From: an uncultured Verrucomicrobiota bacterium
GTDB lineage: Bacteria > Verrucomicrobiota > Kiritimatiellia > CAIVKH01
Length of the DNA: 64,000 nucleotides
NCBI GenBank assembly: GCA_937873455.1
Contig: CALMYG010000002.1
Coordinates: 11,325 to 75,324 of the forward strand
Reading direction: 5' to 3'
Under the pieces are notes generated by a model, which was not told the DNA's origin, searched no databases, and was given only the letters and a program-made list of their open reading frames with translations. Of this stretch, positions 22,810-33,069 are shown one piece after another; position 1 is the stretch's first letter; every line of letters starts with the position of its first letter. Both the position numbers and the translations under genes were made by a program.

Positions 22810-23377
22810 TAGGCGAACCTACCACAAAGATTTTCTCTGAATCCATAACGGAGGTTACAAAATGATCATTTTCTCGAAGCCGGCGGGAAAAATCCTCTGC
22901 GGTGATTACGTGCGGATTGATTTCTCTTCCCAAACGATCACTGAGACCGGAAAGCAATGACGATAACTTGCGGAGACTGATCGAACCGATCACCATTAGA
23001 TCGATGTCGCTATCCGCGCCAGCGGTGTCGCCAGCCACCGACCCAAAGACAAACGCACACCGAATACCATCCACCGCCAAAACATCACCCAGCACGTCGG
23101 CCAAGCCTATTGTTTTTAACACAAGTTGGTGAATATCCGGATAAAGTGGGTGGTTCTTGTTCGCAGAATAATACAACCGGTTCCCGTTACGCCGACGCGA
23201 CACGATACCCAATATGTTTAATTTCTCAATGTCCTGTCGCACTGTTCCGATGGTGAATCCAGTTTGCCGCTGTAAGTCTCGTAGATGGACCTCTCCTCCG
23301 CGCAAACCGAACAAAATCCGGAATATTTCCGCCCGGACTCGCGAGCAAACCAATTGAGCTAATACATTCATATGCAT
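22784..23377 (-). CDS. Winged-helix DNA-binding domain fused to minimal nucleotidyltransferase (MNT/MntA-like)
   Basis: C-terminal GSVAGDTAGADSDIDLMV, the GS-x9-13-DxD NTase motif. N-terminal wHTH (LRDLQRQTGFTIGTVRQDIEKLNILGIV). Confidence 0.75.
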   Translation of the reverse strand: MHMNVLAQLVCSRVRAEIFRILFGLRGGEVHLRDLQRQTGFTIGTVRQDIEKLNILGIVSRRRNGNRLYYSANKNHPLYPDIHQLVLKTIGLADVLGDVLAVDGIRCAFVFGSVAGDTAGADSDIDLMVIGSISLRKLSSLLSGLSDRLGREINPHVITAEDFSRRLRENDHFVTSVMDSEKIFVVGSPNELKTMGN

Positions 23378-23719
23378 GCTTATACCATACGTACGATTGG
23401 TGTGACCACACTATTTTCTAGTTCAATTAGGCTAATTCAATGATACGCGCTTCCAAGAACACTCAAAAGAGAGAACAGATTGAAGAACGCAGGGGGGCAT
23501 GCATCCGTTTATGCAAATACACAATACAACGATACAGCGCGCGCGATTTTGTCCCACAAAAAAGAGCGATGCAACCCACACAAAAGCCACGAAAATCGGT
23601 ATACAATAAACGTACGAGCGGCCGCTTCCGGAAACATGTTCAAACGAAACAAGTTGTGCGGGGGGCTTGACATATAATGAGCGGCATGATAGGTTCGCGT
23701 AAATTAACAGGATATTACT

Positions 23720-24094
23720 ATGGCTTTCGAAAAGTTTACGCAGACAGGTACACGTCAAGCTCCGCTTGTTTCAATTAGGCGGGGGGGGTCGCTTGGATTA
23801 TCGCAGGGGGCCATAAATCGCTATGGTTTTGACAATGACATGACCCATGTAGTCTTGTTTTACGACAAAGAAGACAAACTAGTTGGGATTAAACCAATTG
23901 CCGGAGATTCTGAAGAGCATGCAATTAAAGTGATAGTCAGGCCGTATAAGGCGGCTAAGGGAAAAGAGTCAAAGACCGCGTTTTTCTCTGCCAAGTCATT
24001 TTTGGATTTTTACGCAATTCCGTATTCAGAGACCAAATCATATGACGCGAAGTGGGATGAACAGAACGCGATGATCGTCATCGATTTAAAATAA
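23720..24094 (+). CDS. Hypothetical protein
   Basis: 124-aa ORF behind an AT-rich promoter-like region (TTGACA/TATAAT hexamers at 23667-23678). No recognisable motif. Confidence 0.45.
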   Translation: MAFEKFTQTGTRQAPLVSIRRGGSLGLSQGAINRYGFDNDMTHVVLFYDKEDKLVGIKPIAGDSEEHAIKVIVRPYKAAKGKESKTAFFSAKSFLDFYAIPYSETKSYDAKWDEQNAMIVIDLK

Positions 24095-24259
24095 CATAAA
24101 AACTTATGGGCCCCGAGTAGCCTCGTGACCCATAAGCGAACCGGCCAGTTACGGACCGATTACTGTCTGTAACCTCTAATCTAAGACCATAACTGGCCAA
24201 ACGCAAGCAAAACCCGACCACTCGGCGGGCTACAGTCGAGTGGTCATGGAGTAACAGTT

Positions 24260-24772
24260 ATGGCATGGACCATGAGGATAGAACGAGCGAAACCAAATCC
24301 GCTCGGTAAAGACAAAACGGGTGCGGGATATCCCAAGCTTAATCAACTACTCGGAGAGTGGGTTGATCTCAAAAATATTGGAGATCAATCAGTCGACCTG
24401 AGTCAACTGCACTTGGCTCATCTTGAGTTCAGTGCTGGATGCAAACCCAAGGAAAGACCGGTGATCTACTGGAATGGGAAGGCGGGTACCATTCTGGGGC
24501 CTGGGCAAGTAGCTCGTATTCATACCGGAAGAAGTTCTGACTCACACCAAATGGATCTCGTGGACCAATTCGGTGCCGACATCCATTCATACGCCGAAAG
24601 CGGTTCGTTTGTTCTTAACAACGACTGCGGCGACGTTATGAGTGTGTGGTGGAAAGACCGCGAGGGAAACCTCCATAGAGATGATGCGGCTGGGTATGAT
24701 CCCAACCCACCAGAAGGTGCTATCCTGACCAGGGTTGGTCCAAAACTAAAACCAGTTCTGAGTTACGCATAA
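24260..24772 (+). CDS. Lamin-tail-domain (LTD) protein
   Basis: NPLGKD...GEWVDLKNIGDQSVDLSQLHL and NNDCGDVMSVWW..GNLHRD fit the LTD motif pattern NP.G.D..EWVEL.N.G...VDLSGW.L ... N.GD.V.L. Confidence 0.55.
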   Translation: MAWTMRIERAKPNPLGKDKTGAGYPKLNQLLGEWVDLKNIGDQSVDLSQLHLAHLEFSAGCKPKERPVIYWNGKAGTILGPGQVARIHTGRSSDSHQMDLVDQFGADIHSYAESGSFVLNNDCGDVMSVWWKDREGNLHRDDAAGYDPNPPEGAILTRVGPKLKPVLSYA

Positions 24773-24877
24773 GTGAAGCGGCGGCGATCCTTGTGTCTGT
24801 TGAAATGATTCGTTCCATAATGGATCATTTCAACGGCCAAGGAGCGCCTGACCGTCATATGATTGATGACTCACCTT

Positions 24878-25489
24878 CTAATAATCAAACACACCCTTGA
24901 TCCCGCTTTGGTCGAGTTGTACTTGACGCGGTATAAAATTATAACATGCTTGAGTCAGTTCCCATTGGCCATTCTTAACCAATTCCTTCTTTAATACAGC
25001 CAAGAGTCGAGGTAGATAAAAGACGTCTTTGGCTGCATATTTCAACTGTGCATCTGATAATTTTTTGGCCGCCCAATTCGAAGTGCGCATTCGCTTATCG
25101 ATACGAATCCCCAGTTTATCTCTTAGCAAAGACTTTAAACTATGATCACGCCTTGTCGGATCGACCAATTTGGATGCCACCTTTGTACAGGCGATGTTTT
25201 GAGGTTCTATTTGCCACTGATTAACCATGAAATTGAGATCAAATAATGCATAGTGAAACACCTTGCAGATATCTGGGCGCTCAATTAGCTCGATCATCTT
25301 TTGCGGCAAACCGCTGCCTGCCTTGATCACATAAACACTGCCACCTCCATACACCTGAAAAGACGCGATTGAGTTATCTCGCCAATCAAGACCTGTTGTT
25401 TCTATATCAACAGCCACAGCGCGCTTGGCTTTATAGCGGTCAATATTCAAGGATGCTGGTAAATCATGCGCCTTAAAAATGACATTCAT
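24878..25489 (-). CDS. 3'-5' exonuclease, DEDDy family (RNase D / WRN-exo-like domain)
   Basis: Exo I VAVDIETTGL, Exo II HYALFDLNFM and Exo III YAAKDVFYL motifs. The internal ATG at 25489 lies immediately after the upstream gene's stop (taa-t-ATG). Confidence 0.8.
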   Translation of the reverse strand: MNVIFKAHDLPASLNIDRYKAKRAVAVDIETTGLDWRDNSIASFQVYGGGSVYVIKAGSGLPQKMIELIERPDICKVFHYALFDLNFMVNQWQIEPQNIACTKVASKLVDPTRRDHSLKSLLRDKLGIRIDKRMRTSNWAAKKLSDAQLKYAAKDVFYLPRLLAVLKKELVKNGQWELTQACYNFIPRQVQLDQSGIKGVFDY

Positions 25490-25490
25490 A

Positions 25491-26264
25491 TTAATTTGCC
25501 CAGTGATAAAGTGATAACAATTGCCGATCAATGAAGTCGTATAATGTGCCTTCCCTTCGGACGCACAACACAGGAACGCCTCCACGGCCTTTGTCATGCT
25601 TGTGCAATGTAATTATTGCAATATCATCGAAACGATAAATATTAAAAAGAGGCGTTACTGGAGCTAGAATCACTTTTATCTTGTCGCCATTGTCCTCGAA
25701 TATTTGCTGGAACTCCTTAATGGTTTCATTAATGGACGCGATGATGTCGTCGTTGGGCAGATCGAATCGCCTCGCAAGCTCCGAAATACATGCTCCGTTT
25801 TTCGGATCCGGAACAATAAGCTTCAAAGTGGTCCCACGACGGGAGGCGAATTCCTTAAGACGCTTCAAGTTTGAATTTCTCCATGTTCGCGCATATGCAA
25901 AAAAAAGGTCGATCTGTTTAGCGTTCCGGAAAAGATCGTCCCATGAAACGTCCTGATAAAAATCCTGTGGCGTCGCGGTAATTCCCGCTTGTTTAAGATC
26001 ATCAGCGATCTTAGCACTTGCCAATATTTCAGCGACGAACGCACGTTTATTGATCAATTCCCATATTAGCATTATTAGGGCTGCGGGAAAAACAAGAGAT
26101 CCCGTTTGCGAGATCAGTTTCTGGAGCGTTGGGTGATAACTCAACCATGGAATCGATTCCGCGATATACATCAAGAGAAGTCCGATGCCCGCAACGACTA
26201 GCATTGATATAATAACGTGGAGATTTGTTCTTTCCTTGAGAAGATTTGTAATTCTATTTGGCAT
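25491..26264 (-). CDS. Membrane protein (2-3 N-terminal TM helices + ~170-aa soluble C-terminal domain), function unknown
   Basis: Hydrophobic segments LHVIISMLVVAGIGLLLMYIAESIPWL and SLVFPAALIMLIWELI. Very AT-rich gene, translationally coupled to the downstream exonuclease. Confidence 0.6.
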   Translation of the reverse strand: MPNRITNLLKERTNLHVIISMLVVAGIGLLLMYIAESIPWLSYHPTLQKLISQTGSLVFPAALIMLIWELINKRAFVAEILASAKIADDLKQAGITATPQDFYQDVSWDDLFRNAKQIDLFFAYARTWRNSNLKRLKEFASRRGTTLKLIVPDPKNGACISELARRFDLPNDDIIASINETIKEFQQIFEDNGDKIKVILAPVTPLFNIYRFDDIAIITLHKHDKGRGGVPVLCVRREGTLYDFIDRQLLSLYHWAN

Positions 26265-26305
26265 CGGACATCCATCCTCTTAAGCTTATATTTTAGCATT
26301 CCTGT

Positions 26306-28888
26306 TTATGTAATTCCCAGCACCTTCGTACACTCCTCCCCGAACTGGCTGATTACGCGGACGGCGATTTTTTGGGTCTTTTTCTTGATCTCGATGGGGT
26401 GTGAAAGGTGGCCGTAGATGCGGTCGAAGGCTTCGTCGTCGATTTCGATTTTCAGGGTTTTTTCGGCGTTGCGTTTGGTGGATGATTTGGCGAGGTCGGA
26501 GAGGCCGCGTTTCCATTTGTTGAACTCGTCCTTGTCGCCGCCGCAGAAGAAGACCTGGCGGACCATGAAGTTGCTGCCGTCGTAATCGTCGTCCACCATC
26601 CAGTAGGCGATGTCAGCGACGTCGCGGGGTTTGACTTCGTCGGTAACGGGGTCGTAGATGTCGAGGCCGCGGATTTCGACTTGAACTGCCTTGGGTTCGT
26701 TTTTCTTGGATTTTAACTCATTCAGCACAATATCCGGCTCGCCGATGGTGACAAAGGAGGCGGCTTTTTTGTCGCGTTTGAGCAGGCCGTCCTGCATCAG
26801 ATCGTCGTGCATGCGGACCTTGGTGACTTCGAAGGTGCCCATGCTGGCTGTCACGCTTTGGTTCTCGATGTTGCTCTCGAAGGAAAAGCCGAGAATGATC
26901 AGCCAGTCGGCGTCGCCGCGGGTCCGGCATTCCTTGACCGCTTCGTTGACCGCCTGACGGCTGACCGTGCCGAACTTGGGACCGATGTGGATGTAGGCCT
27001 TCTTTTCACCTTTGGCCGACTGGTAAAATCCTTCGGCGTGCAGATAGGCGCTGTTCAGCCGGTCCACCCGCATGAACACCGCCTGCTCGTTGCGGATGCC
27101 GTTTTTGATGCCGGCAGACTTCATGTGCTCGAATATCCGCTCTTCAAATGATTCCAATTCGTCCTTGTCCGGCACCGGCTTGTCCAATTCCTCCGCAGCA
27201 ATCGGTTCAAAGTTCTGGAGGGGTTCGACGGTGAACGGACCCGAGACGCGGAGCTTCTTCCGGTCAAATTCTGGCTGGTCAACAAGTATCTCTTCTCCCA
27301 GAGTTTCTTGTTGAGCAATTTGACCTAGCGTTACATGCGGCACTTTCTTGTACACGAATCCTTGCCGTATGTCGCTACCCGCATCGTCATACAGCTTGTA
27401 GTAAGGATAAGTTGACGAAAGAAGCCTTGTCTTTGATATATTTAAGGCAATTCGTGATGTGTCGATTGCAATCCAACGACGACCCCACTCCTCTGCAACA
27501 ACGGCAGTCGTTCCGCTACCGCATGTCGGATCAAGCACCAAATCACCGGGATCAGTTGCCATCAACATACACCGCTGAATTACGGTTACACCCGTTTGAA
27601 CAACATACAATTTGCCGGAGGCACCAGCAGTATCGGTCCACAAGTTGTTAACCTCAACAACCGGATAATCATCATAATACAATTTATAGCGAAGGGCATT
27701 CTGGGTGGCATACAGACGATTTTGATCGGCCAATTGCTTCATACCGGTCAGGTTGGTTTTCCAGCTTTTTCCAGCAGTAGGCCTATAGATTTTACCGTTC
27801 CACTCAAAATCAAATACACATGATTCTGTTCTTCCCGACGAAGAAAGATCTAGGCTCGTAAATACACGCGCACCCTCTGGTAACTTCAAGAGTTTCGACC
27901 GCTCATTTTTGCCAACAGATTCAATCCTCCCATCAGGATATTCAATCAAGCTGAATTGCTCTGATTCAACCACATCTTGATCTTGAAAAAGTTTTCGGTA
28001 TTTCATTGCCCCATCAGAAAAGCGCTTGCCGTACCATATAATGTAGTCGCATACGCCTGGTATGTAGGCATTTCGAAGAGGATTTTTAGTTTGAAATGCA
28101 ATTTGTGACACGAAATTATCACCGCCAAAGACTTCATCCATGAGACTGCGAACTAAATGCACATTCTCGTCGCTTATCTGCACGAAACACGATCCGCTTT
28201 CACTCAGAAGCTCCTTGGCCACGAGCAACCGATCACGCAAGTAGCCCAAGTAAGAGTGAATTCCTAACTCCCATGTATCACGATACGCTTTGATCTGCTC
28301 TGGTTCGCCCGTCAACTCCTCATCAGGCTGACTCTCTGACATAGATCGTTTATTCAGCTTCATCTGCCAGTTCGATCCGTATTTTATTCCGTATGGCGGA
28401 TCGATGTAGATCATCTGGACTTTGCCGGCCATGCCTTCTCGTTCGAGGAGGGAGGTCATGACGAGCTGGCTGTCGCCCTGGATCATGCGGTTGGTCCAGT
28501 CGTCGGCGTGCTGGTAGTACTCGGACACCTTGTCGATCTCGTCGAGTTTCAGTCCGTGGCCGAAGAGTCCGTTCAGAAAGGTTTGCTGGGCGTCGGGCAC
28601 TTCCTTGAGCTGGTACAATCGTCCGATGATTTTTTCCGGGGCAATGTGTTCGTGGCGATAGAGGGAGCGGATATCAACCTTGAGCCGGTCTTCGCGGTCA
28701 TCGGCACCGTATTTATGCATCCAGAACAATTCCGGGTCCTGGCCGCGATGGACGACGGGATTCACGGGAAAGTCCGCCTTTTCCTTGCCGCCTTTGACCC
28801 TCGGGCTGGACGATTCCTGCCCGGCTTCTTCTCGGGAAGGAATCAGCACCCGCTTCTCTTTGGAATGTTTGATGGATTTGATGGTCAT
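26306..28888 (-). CDS. mod: Type III restriction-modification Mod-like DNA methyltransferase (beta-class N6A/N4C MTase)
   Basis: Motif [11 protein letters not shown] precedes motif [17 protein letters not shown], the permuted beta-class order typical of Mod. 860 aa. Confidence 0.85.
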   Translation of the reverse strand: MTIKSIKHSKEKRVLIPSREEAGQESSSPRVKGGKEKADFPVNPVVHRGQDPELFWMHKYGADDREDRLKVDIRSLYRHEHIAPEKIIGRLYQLKEVPDAQQTFLNGLFGHGLKLDEIDKVSEYYQHADDWTNRMIQGDSQLVMTSLLEREGMAGKVQMIYIDPPYGIKYGSNWQMKLNKRSMSESQPDEELTGEPEQIKAYRDTWELGIHSYLGYLRDRLLVAKELLSESGSCFVQISDENVHLVRSLMDEVFGGDNFVSQIAFQTKNPLRNAYIPGVCDYIIWYGKRFSDGAMKYRKLFQDQDVVESEQFSLIEYPDGRIESVGKNERSKLLKLPEGARVFTSLDLSSSGRTESCVFDFEWNGKIYRPTAGKSWKTNLTGMKQLADQNRLYATQNALRYKLYYDDYPVVEVNNLWTDTAGASGKLYVVQTGVTVIQRCMLMATDPGDLVLDPTCGSGTTAVVAEEWGRRWIAIDTSRIALNISKTRLLSSTYPYYKLYDDAGSDIRQGFVYKKVPHVTLGQIAQQETLGEEILVDQPEFDRKKLRVSGPFTVEPLQNFEPIAAEELDKPVPDKDELESFEERIFEHMKSAGIKNGIRNEQAVFMRVDRLNSAYLHAEGFYQSAKGEKKAYIHIGPKFGTVSRQAVNEAVKECRTRGDADWLIILGFSFESNIENQSVTASMGTFEVTKVRMHDDLMQDGLLKRDKKAASFVTIGEPDIVLNELKSKKNEPKAVQVEIRGLDIYDPVTDEVKPRDVADIAYWMVDDDYDGSNFMVRQVFFCGGDKDEFNKWKRGLSDLAKSSTKRNAEKTLKIEIDDEAFDRIYGHLSHPIEIKKKTQKIAVRVISQFGEECTKVLGIT

Positions 28889-29082
28889 TTCGCGGCCTTG
28901 GTTCGGTAGGTGGCGCGGGTTTCGCGGGCGGCAGCGGCGGCTTCCGGACGCAGATGGACAATTTTACCATTCTTCACGACATGGATCGGGAGGCCGGCCT
29001 GCCATTGGCGGGCAATGGCTTTTTTCACCGCGGCTTTCATGGCGCGATCAGCCTGCACGGCCATGGATTCAGTTTTCTTCAT
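28885..29082 (-). CDS. Small hypothetical protein (65 aa) translationally coupled between P-loop kinase and mod
   Basis: Its ATG overlaps the kinase stop as ATGA, and its own stop overlaps the mod start as ATGA. Basic, lysine- and alanine-rich N-terminal stretch [29 protein letters not shown]. Confidence 0.4.
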   Translation of the reverse strand: MKKTESMAVQADRAMKAAVKKAIARQWQAGLPIHVVKNGKIVHLRPEAAAAARETRATYRTKAAK

Positions 29083-29771
29083 GCTTTCGTCTCCCGGAGA
29101 AACACGTCGTAGCATTCCTCATTTCGAACACGTTCGGCACCCTCGGCCAACTCCACCATCAATACCGGTGAATTCCCCGAATTATCAAAGATCATGCACG
29201 AGTCAGCAAGTTTTTGATAAGCAGGCAGATTGGCGATAAATCGGGGCCAGCGCCGCCGGCGCGCCTCTTCCGGTACGTCATGCCCGCCCAATTTGACCCG
29301 GTTGGTAATCCGATATCGGGCCAAAGCGGGTTTGGATATCCACAATATGAACAAATGAATGTGATAGCCTCGCCGTTTTAGCTTCTTGATAAGGGCCAAA
29401 TAACTCCGGCCCGACAGGGTGGTTTCGAAGCCGAAATCATTCCCTTTCCGCGACAATTCCTCAATCCGGGTGAGGACCAGGCGTCCGGCGGAAAGCATGG
29501 CCCGGGCAGGGTCAAGGGGCGCCAATCCCTGGGCAATCAGGTCGGGGTTCACGAATTCACCGCAGTGCGCGTAGTGCGGCAGGTATTCCAATGCGAAGGT
29601 GGTTTTGCCCGCGCCGTTGGGTCCGGCAATGATGAAGCAGTTTGGTGCCTTAGCCATGGACAACTCCATCCGCCGTGTAGTAGCCGCTCCGTGAGCGGCA
29701 CGCCGACATGCTCGCTCGTCGAAATATGCGCCTCGCGGAAGCGCTACTACACCGCATGACTGATGGCTCAC
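29079..29771 (-). CDS. Zeta-toxin / AAA_33-like P-loop kinase
   Basis: Walker [13 protein letters not shown] and the kinase-fold arrangement. The start codon overlaps the res stop as ATGA. An alternative internal start at 29657 or 29669 is possible. Confidence 0.7.
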   Translation of the reverse strand: MSHQSCGVVALPRGAYFDERACRRAAHGAATTRRMELSMAKAPNCFIIAGPNGAGKTTFALEYLPHYAHCGEFVNPDLIAQGLAPLDPARAMLSAGRLVLTRIEELSRKGNDFGFETTLSGRSYLALIKKLKRRGYHIHLFILWISKPALARYRITNRVKLGGHDVPEEARRRRWPRFIANLPAYQKLADSCMIFDNSGNSPVLMVELAEGAERVRNEECYDVFLRETKA

Positions 29772-32700
29772 ACACCCGCCACCTCACGGGTCAGGATATA
29801 ATCACGCAACTGATTTTTGATATCACGGATATCCCCGGCAATCTCGATAAAGGCCCACGGATCATATTCGTACTTCTCCCGGACGGCATTGACGGCGGGA
29901 AGCCAGCGGTTTTCGACATACCACTTTTTGGCCGCCTTGTCCTGGCTCATGCCGGAGATTTCGATGATAAGGTTGATGTGCTGATCTTCAGCCACGCGGC
30001 ACCGGGCGATGAAATCGGGGAAATACAGCTTGTCTTTGCCGTCTTGAACATACGGGATGGCGAAGCCGAGGAAGGCGTTCTTCACGTAGGCTTCGACTTC
30101 ATCAAGCTCTTCCAATGTCTTGGCGGCGATCTGCTCCCAGCTATCGGTATCGGCGACCACATAATTGACATGGCTTTTCGTTGTTTCGAAAACCGGCCGT
30201 GAGGTGTGGCCATTGACGTAGGTGGTGCTGCCAAACTTATTGTAGAAATTAAGCACCGGTAGAATCTGATCCGTGGCCCGGCTGGCGGCCATGATGCCCC
30301 GGCTGATATGGCTACAGATCCGGTCCGGCAGGACAAAATACAGCAATTTTTTGAATGCCGGATCGGGAATGTTCAGCAGAACCACTTTGGTATGGTACCA
30401 CTTCTCGACAATGCGGAGAAGCTGGTTGAATTTGTAAAATTGGGGCTGACCATTGTCATCGCTGTAATGTTGATTGATCAGCGCGCGGGTGATCAGGAAA
30501 AATAATTCCTGCTCACGTTTTTCCACGATGGAACGGACCGTGAGTTTTTCCGTATTTTCGGAAAAAGCGGTGGCCATCTCGGTTTCCAGCGGGAATTTGG
30601 TGCCGTCGATTTCAAAATTTTCCAGGTTGGAAAAGTCGGCGGTGATGGGTCCGTCGCGTGATTCCACCCGGTAGCCGACGACATTGGGGAATGTGATCTC
30701 GAACTTTTCCTGCCGTTCCGGAATTGCAAGGATGTGCCACTTATCCACGGGCGGCGGAGGCTTGATCGTCCCGCCCTTGAACATGCGGAACGGAACGCCA
30801 ATGATGTGGGCGTATTCCGGGGGAAACTTCCAGGTGATATTTTCCGGCTTGAACCGTTTGATATTGTCCTCGGGAATTTCCTGTCCGTCCTTGTCGTAGG
30901 CTTGCAGTATGTAGTTCTTCCGGCGCAAAGCGCGGCCGGCGACCTGTTCGCAAAGCAACTGCGATCCGAAGGCGCGAAGCCCCATGATATGGGTGACGGT
31001 ATTGGCATCCCAGCCCTCGGTCAGCATGGAAACAGACACCACGCAACGAATATGGGCGCCCAGCATCCCTTTCTTCCCGACGGAGTTGACCACCTCGCGC
31101 ATGATTTCGGCCTCGGTGATGTTTTCGGCCGAGCCTTGGCCATGAATACGGGCGTACTCGCGTTTAAACACCTCGATTTCGTCGGAGAAGATTTTCTTGA
31201 AATCGTCGTTGATCTGATCGGAGTTTTCCAGGGCATCGCTGTCGATAAGGAGCGTCGGAGGCTTTTTGAGTGGTTTATGGGTTTTCCGGTCGTAGTTTGA
31301 AAAAATTTCAAAATGTCCGGGAATGGCCCGCAAGGTGTCATCCGGCAGGGTTTGTTCGTACCCGGCAATGTATTTGTATACTTCCTTGGAAACCGACGTG
31401 TTGTTGCATACGACAATAAACACGGGCGGGCTGTCGAACAATCCGCGGATTTGTTCATAATCGCGCTGGTAGTGCCCGTGGAATTTTTCGAGGGCGGCCT
31501 GCACGAGCGTCGGCAATTTCGGCGGTTCCTCCCCGACGGGGGTTTTCCCTTCCTTGCGGGCATCGGACTTTCGGCGCTTCTGACCCTTCTTTGGCAGTTC
31601 GTCCTTCACGTGTTCGTAAAGGTTGCGCAGGACCGGCATGGTCAATTCGTGGGTGGTATCGCTTTCCGGCAAGAAAGGAATTTTCACCAAACCGGCCTCA
31701 ATGGCCTCGATGAGGCCGAAATCGGTGACGACCCAGGGGAACAGGCTGTAAGCATCGTAACCGGAACCGGTCAGGTAATACGGCGTGGCGCTAAGATCAT
31801 AGACGGTGTCGACCTTGAATCGTTTGGCTACCTCAGTCAGCCCGGTAAACCAGACGGCGGCCCGTTTGTTTTCCTCCTTGGTATCCTCGCCCTCAATAGC
31901 CTTCCCGGCTTCTTTGGGCAGATAGCAGTGGTGAGCTTCATCGTTCAGGATCAGGAGGCGCGAGCCCGGCTTGATCTTGCCGAGCACGCGGCGCAGCATT
32001 TGTCCGGCATCTTCGGTCGCCTGCTGTTTTTCGCCCTGGGCATTGATTTTTCCATCAAATGGACTGCGTTTATTGCCCTGAAGGGTACGAGGTTCAAACG
32101 CGTGGTAATTGGTGATCACGATCCGGGCATTCAAATTGCCCATTTTGTTGTCCCACCCACGTGGAATCAGCGAGCGGGCATGATAGTAGTCCGTAATTTC
32201 CGCACGGCGGTCGAGGTTTACAAACAGCACGCCGAGGCGGTTTTTGATCGTGATACCGGGCGCAACAATCAGAAAGGAATCGGCGAAGCGGGTGTCGTTT
32301 CGGTATTCCTGTCGATTGAAGAAGTGATAGAGAATCTGCATGGCCATGACCACGGTTTTCCCGGTGCCGGTAGCCATTTTGAACGCGACGCGCGGCAGAT
32401 TGCAGGACAGGTTTTCCGTGCTGACCTGCTGGGCGGAACGCAATTGATTCAGGACATATTGACCGGCATTGGACCGGTCAGCTACTTCATTCAACCAAAT
32501 GGCAGTTTCGATGGCCTCGCGCTGGGCGAAGAAAAGTTTGGCCTCGGCATGTCGATCGGGATTTAGAAACCAAAAAGTCAGTAATTCGCGGGTCACGCGA
32601 GTCACCGAGGGATAACCATCCTTCCGCCAAAGCCCGACCTCTTTCCGCAACAAGTTGATCAAATGAGAACCAAATTCCTCGGCTCGTTCATTGATCTCGA

Positions 32701-32869
32701 ACATGGACCGTTGAGGTCCCTGCCGAACTGGAATAGACTGAATTTCCGGGGCAAAAATTCGGCGTCCCTTGACGATTTTCTGATAGTCCAGCGTTCCCTC
32801 GTCATCCGTGGCATAATGAAGCAACGGTTCATCATACGGGCTATTGAGGATGGGGTTGTCGGTTGTCAT
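29768..32869 (-). CDS. res: Type III restriction enzyme Res-like subunit (SF2 helicase/ATPase + C-terminal nuclease region)
   Basis: Walker [15 protein letters not shown] box LNDEAHHCY, later helicase motifs, and a ~300-aa C-terminal region. 1033 aa. Confidence 0.85.
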   Translation of the reverse strand: MTTDNPILNSPYDEPLLHYATDDEGTLDYQKIVKGRRIFAPEIQSIPVRQGPQRSMFEINERAEEFGSHLINLLRKEVGLWRKDGYPSVTRVTRELLTFWFLNPDRHAEAKLFFAQREAIETAIWLNEVADRSNAGQYVLNQLRSAQQVSTENLSCNLPRVAFKMATGTGKTVVMAMQILYHFFNRQEYRNDTRFADSFLIVAPGITIKNRLGVLFVNLDRRAEITDYYHARSLIPRGWDNKMGNLNARIVITNYHAFEPRTLQGNKRSPFDGKINAQGEKQQATEDAGQMLRRVLGKIKPGSRLLILNDEAHHCYLPKEAGKAIEGEDTKEENKRAAVWFTGLTEVAKRFKVDTVYDLSATPYYLTGSGYDAYSLFPWVVTDFGLIEAIEAGLVKIPFLPESDTTHELTMPVLRNLYEHVKDELPKKGQKRRKSDARKEGKTPVGEEPPKLPTLVQAALEKFHGHYQRDYEQIRGLFDSPPVFIVVCNNTSVSKEVYKYIAGYEQTLPDDTLRAIPGHFEIFSNYDRKTHKPLKKPPTLLIDSDALENSDQINDDFKKIFSDEIEVFKREYARIHGQGSAENITEAEIMREVVNSVGKKGMLGAHIRCVVSVSMLTEGWDANTVTHIMGLRAFGSQLLCEQVAGRALRRKNYILQAYDKDGQEIPEDNIKRFKPENITWKFPPEYAHIIGVPFRMFKGGTIKPPPPVDKWHILAIPERQEKFEITFPNVVGYRVESRDGPITADFSNLENFEIDGTKFPLETEMATAFSENTEKLTVRSIVEKREQELFFLITRALINQHYSDDNGQPQFYKFNQLLRIVEKWYHTKVVLLNIPDPAFKKLLYFVLPDRICSHISRGIMAASRATDQILPVLNFYNKFGSTTYVNGHTSRPVFETTKSHVNYVVADTDSWEQIAAKTLEELDEVEAYVKNAFLGFAIPYVQDGKDKLYFPDFIARCRVAEDQHINLIIEISGMSQDKAAKKWYVENRWLPAVNAVREKYEYDPWAFIEIAGDIRDIKNQLRDYILTREVAGV

Positions 32870-32924
32870 GAACCTCGCCTAATCACCGGCAAAACAATGC
32901 ATTTTCCCTGCGATCAGGGCAAGT

Positions 32925-33023
32925 ACGGAAAAGACGAGTCTCCAGTCAACCTACTTCGGCATCGGCCGGTTCAACAAGGACCAGGTCGATAGCGCCAACC
33001 CGCAGCGGTCAAACCAATGAAGC
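32925..33023 (+). pseudogene. Displaced, degenerate metH 3'-end fragment (right att-like repeat)
   Basis: Translates to ...[26 protein letters not shown], against authentic MetH ...[24 protein letters not shown].... A 20-nt exact match (acctacttcggcatcggccg) is present. Confidence 0.5.
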
Positions 33024-33069
33024 ATGTCCATTTTTAGCGACATGAACCACTATACTCCAACCGCTGATT

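Larger units (their letters stand above)
22248..32990. mobile_element. ~10.7-kb putative integrated genomic/defense island at the metH 3' end (no integrase retained)
   Basis: Flanked by the 41-bp direct repeats. Lower and mosaic GC (about 35-50% in places) against the flanking core. Cargo is TA-like, R-M and nuclease genes. Confidence 0.45.

Noticed and set aside
23667-23678. TTGACA immediately abutting TATAAT as a promoter
   Set aside because: The hexamers are adjacent (0-nt spacer), so they cannot be a functional -35/-10 pair. A promoter probably exists nearby, but its exact elements are unresolved.
31313-32566. 417-aa plus-strand ORF
   Set aside because: Antisense to the res helicase gene, which has clear Walker A/DEAH motifs.
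22248-32990. Integrase/recombinase or transposase within the island
   Set aside because: None of the ORFs shows tyrosine- or serine-recombinase or DDE motifs, so the island is described as immobilised rather than an active element.
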